Shown here piece after piece: positions 27,376 through 40,659 of a DNA stretch of 64,000 nucleotides. A program made the position numbers and the translations under genes. The notes beneath the pieces were generated by a model, which made no database searches, had not been told where the DNA came from, and saw nothing but the letters and a program-made list of their open reading frames with translations. This DNA comes from Bigelowiella natans CCMP2755. Its lineage: Eukaryota > Protista > Cercozoa. Position 1 is the stretch's first letter. Each line of letters opens with the position of its first letter. Where the stretch lies: assembly GCA_000320545.1 (NCBI GenBank), contig ADNK01000005.1:8613-72612 (forward strand), read 5' to 3'.

Positions 27376-28404
27376 ATGGCTACCAACCCAGGCAAACAAG
27401 AAAAAGTGCGTGACTCGGCCTTTGCCATGGACTTTTGTTGTGCGGATCTCGAACGTTTCAATTTCTGTGCACATTCGCATCCAGTTGCTACCATAGAACT
27501 ATCAATGTTATGGTGAACTTACGAGTACTTATTTCTTTGTAGTTTCCAACGTTCCGACATGTACATGCATAGGTTAATTGGTGTGCAAATTTATTCGTTA
27601 TAGACTGAGGAAGTAGTTGCTGTTGTCCCCAGTAAAGAAGAGGAGGAGGAGGTACAAAGTCACCTTTACTCATACTTTTAGGAAGCTGTCTCAAATATAT
27701 TTCTTGCGTTGCCATCATCGCTTACATGATACTCTTCTTGTTTGACAGGATGCTGCGGCTGAGAGAGAAATGGATGCCGAGGAGGCAATGGTCACCAAAG
27801 AGGAAATAGAAGAGGAACTCAAGGTAGGAAGATGGTGTGAAAGGGATGTAGCTCAACATAGATTCCTTCAGAATACCTCTGTTGAATACATTTCTAATAT
27901 CTTAGGATTTAAGGGACGAGGCTGAGATGACTGTAGAAGAGCTCCGAGCAAAGTTTTAAAACTTTAATCTAAACCAAGGTCTTTGCTAATACGTTCCTCT
28001 TATAGGTATTATGGAGCTGCTGCCACAAACAACAACGAGGAGGAAGAGGAGGAGGAGGAGGAGGAGGAGGAGGAGGAGGATAAAAGTAATGAAGCTGCCG
28101 AAGATACTGAAGATAAGGGATCAACTGAGAAAGACGATGAAAAAGAGAAGCCAAGCACTGAATCTGAAGCAGGTGAGGAGGTGAACTACTGGTCAGCATG
28201 ATGTGTGCCTGAGAAAGTTTCAATTTAAAAGGAAAAACGGAAGACAGTAAGACAGAGGGAACCAAAGCTGGAGAAAAACGAAAGGTGAATGAAATTGTGA
28301 CAGAGAATCATGATAAGTACTAAGGATCTATTCTTAATTATAAAAACTGTAAGGGTGTCGAAGAGTCAACGCAACAAGCAACTGCAAAAAAGGCTAAAGC
28401 ATAA
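27376..28404 (+). CDS. Small acidic nuclear protein with MIER1/SWR1-type EL..L..EaEM..EEL..xYG motif (putative histone chaperone)
   Basis: Seven short in-phase exons: MATNPGKQEK / TEEVVAVVPSKEEEEE / DAAAERE...EEELK / DLRDEAEMTVEELRAK / YYGAAATNNN-polyE... / ...GEKRK / GVEES...AKKAKA*. Bipartite NLS-like C-terminus. Confidence 0.72.
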
Positions 28405-29175
28405 TTAAGTAAATATAATTGGGATGTCACATCTAAAAGCCTACTGTAACATTATTTTATCATCATCATCTTGTGGCACATTGCATGATGCCTAGCTGCT
28501 AGATTTCCAATCATATTCATAGTAATGGCTGGACAGTAATACCATTCATTGCATGATCGATAAAACTGGTACATGCTGCATGTGTGGGGTTGTCGCACGC
28601 GCGTGAGGTGGTGATGCTGCATGAAATCTGCGTACGTTGTGTAGAGCTGTGAAGTGTGCAAAGTGACTCACTGCTGTAAAGGCGCAGATGAAGTATATAT
28701 TCTCGCACACAACGCATCGCAGGGTTGTCAACATCATTCTTGCTCATGCTAGCATGCTATGTTGAATGATTGTGTGTGTGTGTATGCTGTGCTTTCATTC
28801 CACAGAGCTACATTTAGGTTTAGTTGCTGCAACTTGCAACTCATTATGTTGTATTCGATATATCGATACATGCAGCATTTAGGAACGCACATGATCAAAA
28901 TATGATCTAATGTGACACGTAAGCGTGCGTGCAGCAACAAGGGCTCACTCGCACTTAGACGTCTAGACGTGCATGTGTAAAAAGCAACTACAGATATTCA
29001 TATTGTCGCATACAGAATGAGATGATACGATCGATGCTGCATACTGCAGGTGCTATTTACAACTTTAATTACATTGTGCCTATAAAGAGCTCCATAGTCA
29101 TAGCATGGAACAATTGACGATATGTGCATCTAGATATACAGCTACCTGGAATCTAGTGGCATTTATTATTTTATG
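28405..29175. other. Convergent intergenic island 3 (CATG/TGCA/CTAG-rich)
   Basis: Lies between two 3' ends with the same tetramer bias. No clear copy of the 85-bp repeat seen. Confidence 0.6.
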
Positions 29176-30406
29176 TCACACCTTGAATTTCCGATCTACC
29201 CGAAACTTTTGAGGAAGCTCTGGGTATGGGTCAAAATCGACCGGAAGTTTGTCCGGGAAGTAATGATCATATGCAATCCATATTAGCGGTACCGTGTACC
29301 ATGCAACCATAATATCAAGCGAGTAGTGCTTCCTCGCTGCTACTACAAGTAATCCGAAAAAGAAGACTAGTAACCATACCACTCGCCGAACCCATTTGAA
29401 TGGGCAATACCTGAGGAGAAAGGGATCAGTCAAGTTCGAAACGTGCATTCAAAAGAATCAATTTTCTTCCAAAATCAAAGATTGAATTATTACCCCAAAT
29501 CCCTTTGGAAAATGAGAATGGTTTCTACATTTTATTTTACTTATACTTTCACTATTACTTGTGCCAAACGAGCGCGCACAGGACGACAAATATTGTGTGC
29601 GACGAAAACACAAGGTCCCCGCAACCGAAGAAGGCATCCTGGCGACCAAATATGTCCATAAGAGTTTTTGGCGGTGCATAATCTGGAGAATCTGGACGGC
29701 AGTGGTAGTTTGGCCCAGGGAGCGTTGTAACGAGGAAACACACAATCCGAAGGGTCTGAGCCAACACCAGTGTCCCGGCGAAGCGGGTGAACATGAGAAC
29801 GAAGTACAGGTTTCGCCGTGGATAAAAGAACGGCGAAACCAGGAAGCCAATTGTCAGGAAAACACAAATAAAAAACATGATTTCGCTGATGATCTGGAAA
29901 TTTTTCGAGAGTGCGGGGAGCAGGTCAAATCCGAGATCCGTGAGTGGGGGACGTTGGACATGGAGGTAATAAGCAACATTTGTTGCTACGCTGTGCACAT
30001 ACCTGAAATTAAAATGATTAATTTGACAGTGAATATGTTAGTTAGGTGGTAATTAGGGAGGCAGATAAAAAACGATCGAACTAAGGGTTAGGGTCACATA
30101 TTACTGCCAGATAAGTGTAAGCAGCAGGAGCTTATAGTTCATTCGGAAGAGAATCCCCTCTTTTTGCCAATGCGTCAATGATGGTTTTTCCGTCAAATTT
30201 TCAACCCCAAAATTCTTTCCTAGGATATCAATCCTCGAACAGCTTTGCGTGGTTTTGATTGCTGGCTTAATGGGGTTCCTATGAGCGTGAGAGGAAACTA
30301 TAAGCAGCTCTTTCGAAAACATATTCATCTGTACTGATCGAGATGAATTTCCCCCTATTTCCCGCCCGGCTTTGCCATCGTTTTGATCCAACCCCCAAAT
30401 TGACAT
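29176..30406 (-). CDS. IPCS: Inositol phosphorylceramide synthase (plant/protist IPCS; sphingomyelin synthase/PAP2_C family)
   Basis: Three exons (30406-30105, 30002-29559, 29410-29176). Motifs PPLTDLGF, TTLPGPNYHC, GCGDLVFSSHTIF and RKHYSLDIMVAWYT. Confidence 0.92.
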
Positions 30407-30821
30407 TCCCCTTGCTTCCTCCAAGGGGAGCTTGGAGTTGCTTACGATCGTACGACTTCCTCTCTATTCTTGTTTTTGACGACGTCGCTTGTCGGGCAAA
30501 AAGTTATGAAATGCCTTGGAAATCCAAGGTGACATACGGAATCCCAAAAAAACGGGTAATACAATGAAATATCCGGGATATCTCTATTTCTCCCGAATCC
30601 CGGTATTTCCATGAATTTTGGCTTTCACATTCCATGGCATTCCCGCCTAAAAAAAGAAAAGAAAATATCGGCGTATTAACCGTTTACCTAAAATGAATTG
30701 TCGAAAATGTCTTCTGTTTCACTGTAGCGACAACAAATGCACTCCAATTCTTAACTTCTTCTGCGACACAAAGCCAGAACTTCCAAACGGCTTCCCACAA
30801 TTTTTGGCCCCCTCCTTGACC
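30407..30821. promoter_or_regulatory. Putative bidirectional promoter (IPCS/SMC2)
   Basis: 415-bp head-to-head spacer. Confidence 0.55.
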
Positions 30822-33800
30822 ATGCGGATCAAAGAGCTCATCGTTGATGGCTTCAAATCCTATGCCAATCGTGTTTGCATCAGTGGATGGGATTCTCAAT
30901 TCAATGCAATTACTGGTTTGAATGGAAGCGGAAAGAGTAACATTCTGGACTCAATTTGTTTTGTGCTTGGCATCAGTCAACTCAAACAGGTTCTTTGCTC
31001 GCTTCCTCAAACCTCACTAACCATCTAGCACGCAATTAAACAACGTCCTACCGTTTAATCTTAGGTTAGAGCGAATAATCTACAAGAACTAGTTTACAAG
31101 CAGGGACAATCAAGAGTGACCAAGGCCACTGTCACTATTATTTTTGACAACACTGACAAGAAGAGTACGATTGCATTTTTTTTATTTGGTGTCATTGACA
31201 TGCCATGCTCACCTTGGTTACTTTAAAACCATCCATATTATTCAAACGATTCATAAATTAGAATTTTTCTAATAACATAGTTCCTAGCCGCATGTATGAA
31301 TTTTATCAGATGTGAGTTTGGAATGCCTAAAGAAAGTTTTCAATAACTCATCTCCTACAGATAGTCCACTCGGTTACGAGACTTTCGATGAAATCACCGT
31401 CTCGCGCCAGGTCGTTATTGGAGGCCGAAATAAATATATGATTAACGGGCATACAGCTCAGCAAAACAGAGTTAAGAACCTCTTCCATTCTGTCCAGCTG
31501 AATGTGAACAACCCGCATTTTCTCATCATGCAAGGAAGAATAACAAAAGTTATTAACATGAAGCCTCCTGAAATTTTGTCGATGATTGAAGAAGCTGCCG
31601 GTACTAGGATGTATGAGAGCGGTAAACAATCTGCTATGAAAACGATCTCAAAAAAACAGGCGAAGGTGGAGGAGATCAATAAGATTTTGACCGAGGATAT
31701 AACCCCATCGCTGGAAAAATTGAGAAAAGAGCGTTCATCATATATGCAGTGGACAGCGAACAAGCAGGAAATTGAGAGGCTGGATCGATTGGTTATCGCG
31801 GCGAAGTATTTGGACAGTCAGGAAACAAGTAACAAGTCCAAGGATGACGTTCAAGAGCTCCAAAACGAGCATGAGGCACTTTTGGATGAAAATAAGAATG
31901 CGGAAGCCAAGAAAGTGGACATATCAAAGAGAGTATCTGCTCTTTTGAAAAATAAGGAGGACCAGATGGAGGGTAGCTTCAAAATTATCGAAAAAAGAGC
32001 TACTGCTCTTTCGAAGGAACTCGTCAAGCATACTAGTGTATGGGAGCACAAAAAACAAGAGATCAAATCCGAGCAAAAACTTCTGAAAGAATCCAAGGTT
32101 GCGGCAAAGAAGCATGAGAAACTTATTGTGGACAAAGAAAATGAGATCAAGAAATTTGCTGAGGCCAAAATGGATACCGAGACTAAAGAGAGGGAGACAA
32201 GGGAAAAGGTTGCATCTCTACAAGGCCAACAGATTGGTATTACCATGTCGGATAGCAAGGAAGACCAGGGATCTTTGACAAATCAGCTCATGGATAAACA
32301 ACGAGTCGCATCCGAACTCGAGGCTGCAATGACAGGTTACAAACAGAAGATGAAGCACCTTGAAGGCGAGCTGAAGGAAAAAGAGAAACTTTCCAGCTCT
32401 GAAGCGAAGCAATGTAAGAAACTGAAGTCTAGCTTGGAAGCGACGACTGCGAAGCATTTAAAATTGAGTAAAAAGTTGGACCAAGTTCGCATTAATCCGG
32501 AGAGAATGCGCGAGCTCTCCAAAAGCATCCGAATTTGTGAGACGACATACAACAAGAAGACTGAAAGTTATGAGGCGTTGGCAGCAGAGATGGCTAGGTA
32601 TGATTTTAAGTATGACATTCAGAGTAAAAGCTTCGACCATAACCGTGTGAAGGGTCTGGTTGCTAAGCTTATCAAGATCAAGGACCCCAAAACTTTGACA
32701 GCAATCGAAGTTACAGCAGGCGGGAAGCTTTTCCAAGTAGTTGTTGATTCTGAAAGTACCGGCAAAACTCTTCTAGAAAAAGGAAGACTTCGCAGGAGGG
32801 TGACAATTATTCCTCTTAATAAAATTGCAGCCCGTGCAATTGATACCAAAATTGTCAAAGAGGCGCAGAAATTAGTGGGGAAGGAAAATGCAGACCTTGC
32901 TCTTTCGCTTGTTGGATACGACGATGAAGTTGAGCGCGCTATGGTCCATGTATTTGGCCGCACATTCATCTGCAGGGACTCCTTGACAGCCAAGAAAGTC
33001 ACATTTAACCCAAATATTCGCACAAAATCTGTAACCCTCGATGGTGATGTCTACGATCCGCGTGGAACTCTAACTGGAGGAAGCTCTCTCCGAAAAACTT
33101 CTATTTTGTCCGAATTCCAAAAGTTAAGTCAACTGCAAAAAGAAGTTGGGGATCTTGAAAGACAGTTGAAAGGGATGAACGAGGAAATGCAAAAGTTGAA
33201 AAAGAATGCAGAGAAGGCAAAAGAATACAAAATGCAGGTTGATCTCGCATTGCATGAAGTGAAGCTCAACGAGACAAAGCTCAACGAGAGCTCCTACATG
33301 AAATTTAAGGCAGAAGCTGACAAATTATCGGAAGAATTAAGTACATGCAAATCGGAGATGAAGAAACAAAAAGCAGAACTTGCTGCGGTGAGTTCTTTTT
33401 CTATGTAACATTGATATCCTAACTGTACTAATAATGCATGATTTTAACAAGGTACGGAAACGTTGCTCTGAAATTGAGGCGAGCATCAAAGACTATGAGA
33501 AGGAGAAAAAGAAACAACAAAAGCGTGTTGAGAAAGAATTGAAGGCGTCAAAAAAGTCTCTCGAAGCGTTGAACAAAGAGCTCAAACGAAATCAACAGAA
33601 ATATGATCAAGCATGCATGGAACTCCAATCTCTGAAGGAAGAACACCAAAATAATATCGAACAGTGTAAGAAAATCGAAAAAGGCATTGAGACACTAGAG
33701 AAAGAGGTTGGTTGATATCTTCACCGCAGACTTTTATCCTGCCATTACATTGGTGATTGTTTCTTGTTTTTGTATGTAGGAACTCGTGTTGAGCGACATG

Positions 33801-35391
33801 GTGAAGAAAGCCAGTGAAGCCTACATGGAAAAGAACGGAGAGTTAGAGGCAAAAAGGGCAGGTATTAGTACTCCAATTTTAGGCGAGTTTAAATTTTATT
33901 CGGCTGAAATTTTAAAAAAGGTATTGCGGCATGTGACAATGAGATTCAAGATCTTGTGAAGCAGAAGAATGGCATTGAAAAGGACATTTCTAGCCGTGAG
34001 CTCCAAGCAAAGAAGCTTACTCATAAAATTTCAAGGATGGTATCGGATACCGCTGAAGCCAAGAAAACAGTGGAAAGGATGAAAAAGAAGCATCCTTGGA
34101 TTGCTCAGGTACCGACCATATAGCCCTCAATTTTCTAGCGAGCCATTTGGCTGATGATGCTTCGATATTGATACATAGGAATGTCATCTTTTCGGAAAGC
34201 CACACACAGACTATGATTTTAAGCGTAATAATCCGAGAACTGCAAAGTCCAGGCTTGAGAAGCTGAAGAAAAAGCAGGATGATATTTCGAAAAAATTGAA
34301 CACCAAGGTTGTAAAGCAAGGTCATGACAAGAATATTGTAAGTACTAATTGATATCCCATTCGATAAGGTAATGGGTATGTTTGAGCGGGCGGAGCAAGA
34401 ATACCAAGACCTTCTAAAAAAAAGAGATCAGGTCACGCGGGATAAGCAGAAGATACATCAGGTCATTTTTCTTGGCAGTGTTGTTGATTACATCACAGGA
34501 ACGGGATTAAAAGTGTATTTACGGATTGCGAACATGTTGAAATTTTAGACGATAGAAGAGCTCGATAGGAAAAAGAATGAAGCCCTCGAAACCACGTGGC
34601 AAAAGGTCAACAAAGATTTTGGGTCCATATTCTCTGCGTGTCTGCCTGGTACAAGCGCAAAGCTTTCTCCGCAAGAGGGAAAATCCGTCCTCGAGGTCGT
34701 GATAGCGTGTTTCGGAAGATGTCTGAATAACAGTATGCCTGTCATGCGCATCTCTCATTCGATGGCATTTTCAGGGTCTTGAAGTAAAGGTGGCATTCAA
34801 TGGAGTTTGGAAACAAAGTTTGACAGAACTCTCCGGTGGACAGAGATCTCTTCTCGCACTTTCGTTGATTCTAGCTCTTTTGAGGTGCAGTGATGAGGAT
34901 TGTATTTTATGTCGTATTGAAAGAATTGGTGCTCATCACAAGTTGTTGCATGTGTTCATTAATGGTGACTTGGATCCGACAGATAATGTCTTGCTTCTCA
35001 CTTAATATTTAAACTAATTCCAGGTTCAAGCCAGCCCCGATGTATATTTTGGATGAAGTTGATGCTGCCCTTGACTTGTCCCACACGCAAAATATCGGCC
35101 AGATGTTGAAGAAACATTTCCCACAGGTCCGTTTATTGTTTCTGTGCAATACTGTACATGTTTCTGATAGGGTGGATATGTTGTTTGCAGTCCCAGTTCA
35201 TTGTGGTTTCTCTGAAAGAGGGAATGTTCAACAACGCCAACGTCATCTTTAGAACCAAATTTATCGATGGGGTTTCGACTGTAAAAAAGGTTAAAGGGAC
35301 AAGAAATAAAAACACGGTTGACAAAGAGAACCGCCCAGTTCGTAGGGGTGTTCGTCAAGTCGGCAAATCAAAAAGGACTCAGCTGCGATAA
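30822..35391 (+). CDS. SMC2: Structural maintenance of chromosomes protein 2 (condensin ATPase subunit)
   Basis: [15 protein letters not shown]...[25 protein letters not shown] (Walker A); [15 protein letters not shown] (Q-loop); hinge [10 protein letters not shown]...[18 protein letters not shown]; [35 protein letters not shown]; [17 protein letters not shown]. Mostly short introns and one ~2-kb exon. Confidence 0.96.
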
Positions 35392-36560
35392 AATGTAGAT
35401 AAGAAATCCAACAACCATGTCGAAACTTCTGATTATTTTCTTGGTGGTCATCGTAAAAGACACATCAGACATTTGCACCGCACTGCTAGTGTAGTGGGGC
35501 CCGAAATCATCATTAAAGGTTTTAAATTGACATGAACCATGTACGCAAATGCGACACCTCTAGATCTGTGTGGAGTCATGAATAATGGTTCATCAATCTA
35601 GCAATGTCGCACATAACTAGCTCTAGAGCTGGCCGTTGATCATGTCCTAAGGTGTGCGTACTAATACGATTGCTTCACGTGCAAGCCGCGTCAGTGTGTC
35701 TAGCTGTGCATGCTGAATTGCTAGACTGCTCGATGGGAATCAATGATCAAGCTAGCTAGCTAGCTAGCTATAGGTGATCTCTAGACCAACCAGTTTCGCA
35801 GCACTAGCTAGCTAGACTAGTAGAGCATATATATGAGCAGCTCGCCAGACTTTGGTTGGAAACGTTATCACAGACTCCTAGACTCTGCTAGCCTGCCTCG
35901 CTAGCTCGCCGCGATCAATCTGCTCTAGTACTAGTAGTCGGTCAGCGGTGGCTAGGGTGGTGCCATCTAGCCATGCTAGCGAATGCTAGCTAGCTAGCTA
36001 GATGCATGATGATGGATCGCTAATTATAAGATCCATCCAGCTGCTTAGCCTTGCTAGCTAGTCTTGTGTCGAGAGGTGGTCAGAACAAGCAGAGAAGAAG
36101 GCTAGAAGCTAGAGAAGGCTAGAAGGGGGTGAGGAAACAAGAGCGTGCTGAAATTGCACTTGAACCCACTACTAGCTAGCTAGCACTACCCAGAGTTGAC
36201 ACAACTAGACAAGCTAGCAAGTCTGGAGGGAAGCGTGCACACAGTCTAGCAGTCTAGCAGTGTGCACACCACCTAGACCACGCTAGCACGTGTAGACGTG
36301 CCAGCGTGCACGAGTGCCTGCTCCCCATCCAATGCTAGAATGCTAGAGTGCTTGGGTCATTGCTAGCTTGGAGACATGCTAGTATGTAGCCTGCTAGGCT
36401 AACTAGCTAGCCTGGAGGCAGGTGTGGTGCCAGTTCCACTGGTCCAGAGCTGCGCGGCACGCACCCGCACCAGCGCTAAAGCGCAGTTCCTCGCGTCAAT
36501 CACGCACCAAAGCCACCACTACGTCCAGGCTAGCAGGGCCTGGCTAGCTGGCTAGCTCTA
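35392..36560. repeat. Extreme CTAG-rich island including (GCTA)n runs
   Basis: gctagctagctagctagcta at ~35751-35770, similar runs at ~35985 and ~36172, and dozens of CTAG sites. Confidence 0.75.
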
Positions 36561-37440
36561 GAGCTGGGGGCGCATGTTGCACGGGGTGTTTCGCACGTTC
36601 AAGCGTGCAGGCCAAAGCGTGCAACAATTCGACTCGAAATTCGGTCTCATCAGTGTGAAGGAAGTCCGATCCGCGATGATTTTTGCAACAACGAGCATGC
36701 CAGCATGGCTAGATGGGCACGGCTGGCAATCACTGCAGTCACTGCATGGGCTAGCAGGTCTAGAAGCTGGAGAAGTGCCACTTGGCAACAAGCACTTGCG
36801 CAAAACTCTTCGCTGTCAGGTTTTTGGCAACTCTGTGCACCACTTGCTAGCTTGTCACACGATGTCCAAATTGCGTGAGGTGAGACGCGAAAATGAACCC
36901 GTTGTGGACCAGGCTTCGCTTTCGTCCTTTGATTGACATTGTTTCGATCTTGGTTGACTGCTTGCAAGCAGTTTGCATGTTGAGAGCTGCTCTCATTCTG
37001 AGGAACAGACTTCACTTGCACGCCTTCATTGAGCTTCATCACCGCACAAGCTCACGGGACAAGAACTGAACAATGAACTTGATGATGCATGGAAGAACAA
37101 GAACAAGAACAATGATGATGAACTACGTTTCCACAGCAATGAGAACAATGAGAACAATGATGAAAAACTGCACTTCCAAAGTGTGACAAGACACTTGCAA
37201 TGTGCGAAATGCAGTGCCTCGAACTGGCTTCAGTGAGGACTGACTAGCAAACTAGCGGGGTTCATGCAAATTGGCACGAACTAAACATTGAATGCATCAC
37301 AACTAACAGCCAAATGACGACGACGCAAAGCATCCATCCTGAGCAGGAACTTCCTGACAGCCACGTCCACACGGAGATCAACTTCAGCAGGGACAACCAT
37401 TTCCAAAATCACAAGACATGAAAACGATTCCCGCTTGCAA
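36400..37440 (+). pseudogene. Degenerate intronless coding-like relic (possible TE or viral fragment), strongly TpA-depleted
   Basis: Long plus-strand frames broken by stops (ORF 36574-36936; ELNNELDDAWKNKNKNNDDE... near 37060). By eye about 12 TpA in 36541-37440, all preceded by C and about 9 within CTAG. Confidence 0.4.
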
Positions 37441-37495
37441 CTCTGTGATTTATTAGAAATAATGGACAGTTTCTATGGGATGTTCCTGGTATAAA

Positions 37496-39708
37496 ATGTG
37501 GTGGTTCAGTAAGAATCGAGTGTGCCGACGGCTGCTAGATGCGTCTTCGACATTACTTGGGTAAAATATAATCCTTAAAACTTCCAAATCCTTAATTGAG
37601 GATTCCACAGGAAGCATCTCCTCAAAACCCTAAATGCTCCTCGCCGAGAGCAGCCCCCAGTTGCTATGCTGCTTCTTCGGAGCCAGCGATAATCAATCTC
37701 CGCTCAGCAACATTATGTTCAACCGCCCATGACGAAATCACGGTACTTCGGGTTTACACTCTCCGGCTTGGTACCCATTGAGAGTGACCCACAAGACTAT
37801 TGGTGTAGGTGGAGAGACTATCGGCGCTCGATGGAGGGAAATAATTTTTTTTACGTTGACAGGTATCATCAGCAGCGGCGTCTGCTTTTCGCCCAAATCA
37901 CCTCATTCATACTCTTCTTGCTTGCGGCTTCTTCTTCTAATGGAACAGTGTGGGCCAGGTATTCTCTCTTCACTTCAATGAAGTGCCGCATCGTCTTCAG
38001 TACCATTGCCATTATCTTCAATATCCTTTCTCCATCTTTATCGTTGTATTAAGGTTGAAGCCACGTCATAACGATCACCACCTAGTGGGAGACATGATCC
38101 TCCAAAATCTAGCTGCAAAGCGCCAGGCTGCGCGTGCACAGATGATGAGGAACAAGAAGAAGGCGAGGGAGTGGGGAACGGATAATCCTTTAACGACTAA
38201 AAAAGGAGTGGGGAAGAATTCGTCTTGCGGAGGAGGAGCTGATGAGTGTCGCACGGTGGTGGAATTTGAAATGGAAGACGACCGTCGTGAGAGGATGAGG
38301 ACCATACTTAGGCAAATGCGTAGCGCACCGTTTGTTCCAACCATTGGGGACGTAGAGGAGTAAGTAGATAAGGGGGGGTGAGGAAGGGGAAATACATACG
38401 AATCTATAGACAAAAAGAAATACAATATTCAATCATCTTGTTCTCACCCTCTCTATTCTCCTCCCTTTCTCTTGGCTCGATGTATTGATGCGATAAATCA
38501 TAGGCTTCTTTCCTACCTGCTGGGCTCCAAACAGATGAGGACTGCCATGCGATGTATTGCCTACCAACTTTCCTATTTTCGTGCCAATTTTCGACGAACC
38601 AATACGACGCGGTCAGCCCCCGTGTCAACGCGTCATTCCTTGCTCCTATTCTGCTTAAACCATCTTTATTCGTAGGCATTCGGGACATCGTACACGTTAA
38701 TCTCCTGCACGTACATGGGATCACTCCAGACTGGACACAGATGATTGAACCTAGGTTGTTGCCTTCTTCGTCATTATCGTGTATTGTTGTTGCAGTAGGC
38801 GTCTGAAGGAGAACTTTGCTTGAGCGTATCGTGTATATGTGGTGGATGACGGCATGTATGGTACAATAAGAGTATGTAACATGCTCTTCCCTAATCCCGT
38901 CCCTCCCCCCTCAGTTTGGGCCGCTTGATGATCGATATATGTGCTAGGACAGGAGATCTTCATACAGGGTAACTACTTGTGTCGGCTTGCTTTCAACAAT
39001 GGCTAATTACTCATTGAACTAATTTCTCTCTCTACTGACCCTCCTTTCCATGCTCATCTAAAATACATAAGTGGGAGAAATATAGTCATGCAGCCTAAAG
39101 ATAACATCATATTGGTGCCCTTCCTTCTCTACCCACTGCCCCTTCTTAGTCTAGCAATCCAATGCATCGCCGCGGCGCAGAAGGTCGGTATATAGTCTTC
39201 GGCTTCTTTCTACCTTATCCTTCTACTGCTGCTTCCTATGTTCTCACAATGCGTCGGTCGGTAGATCGGACCAAGCCAGGCGTTCTTCGAGGCGCTTGTT
39301 CGCTTTCACTCGAAATTCTACCGCCTCCACCATGTCCGTACCACAAAATATGAGATAAAAATAAATCAAGTCTGCTGCACTGTTTGATAATGCTTGTAGG
39401 CAATGTGTTCGTAGTTGTGTTCTTTGTCTATAATTTTTTAATCGGTGAATCTTATTTCTTTTTCCTTTTGAGATAGGTTCGACTAAATACCATTATTGCC
39501 GCCCCTTCCCTTCCTCCTTCTCCCATATATATGTTCTCTAGGCGTTATCTCTTCTGACAAGGATGAGGCAGTATGGTTTTAGGCCCTCCAAGGCGCTCTC
39601 TGCGTATGTGCTGACCCGGTAAAGACTAACCCGAAGGCTCTGTTTTACTATATCTAATAAAAGAAAGGGATAGAGAGAGGGGAGGAGAGGGGGGGGCTTT
39701 AAACTCAC

Positions 39709-39751
<43 letters not shown>

Positions 39752-40146
39752 TCTCTCTCTCGCTATCTTCATCGGAAGACGCAAACACATAATGAGGGAA
39801 AGAGGATTCTTATTTCTTCGTATTTCTAAACTTTTGTATCTACCTTTCCCAATTTCTTCCCCACTCCTAGTTGTGCTCAGTCAGCAGAGAGGGCATGCAT
39901 GCGAGTCTCTCATAGTTTTCCTTCCAAATCGGGAGCAAGCGATGGCAACGAAAAGACGGGAGGGGAGAGCGTTGGGACGTACTGCGATGGCGAAAGCGCT
40001 AGCGCTTGTGTAGGGGTCAATACCAAGTACTTCTCCACATTGAACGCTGACACTCTGCAAGCTGTCAAGCAGCTTTTCATCAATCGGTGCGGTATCAAAA
40101 GGGGGTAGGGGTAGAGGGGGGGGGGGGGGGGTGATATTAGTATGTA

Positions 40147-40180
<34 letters not shown>

Positions 40181-40618
40181 TCCCTTCTGCCCAATCATGC
40201 AATCTCATATATCACACATATTGCCATCTGCAACTGCTACTCAACTGCTGCTGCTTCTGCGTTTCGTTCTAAACAGTCAGTGCAAGAAGCTCGAGGAAGC
40301 AACTGCCGTCAGAAACGTACTTTCCAACATAATCTTGCTGACTTTGAAAGCCCCGCATATAATCGTCGTCGTCGTCGTCGTGATGCAATGCCTACGATAT
40401 CTTGCAGACGATTTTACCACAGTTTCTACGTGAGCTGACTGTGGCACCACCTAAGCCTGCTGGGCCCTTGGAGTACGTCTCTTCCCCTGATACACCTAAC
40501 AACGAGAGAAGATCTGCCAGATCATCCTGCAACGATGAGAAGGATCAGGAACAGAAGACAACAGCAAATGATATGGTAAAGGCCAAAAGCTCATAATAAG
40601 CGCTCTGGATCTCTCTTG

Positions 40619-40659
<41 letters not shown>

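Noticed and set aside
30082-30093. Telomere-like AAGGGTTAGGGT
   Set aside because: Fewer than two full units, inside an IPCS intron; chance occurrence.
36650-37042. 130-aa minus-strand ORF as the missing alternating gene
   Set aside because: Open frames are expected where TpA (hence TAA/TAG) is depleted; no motifs or splice structure.
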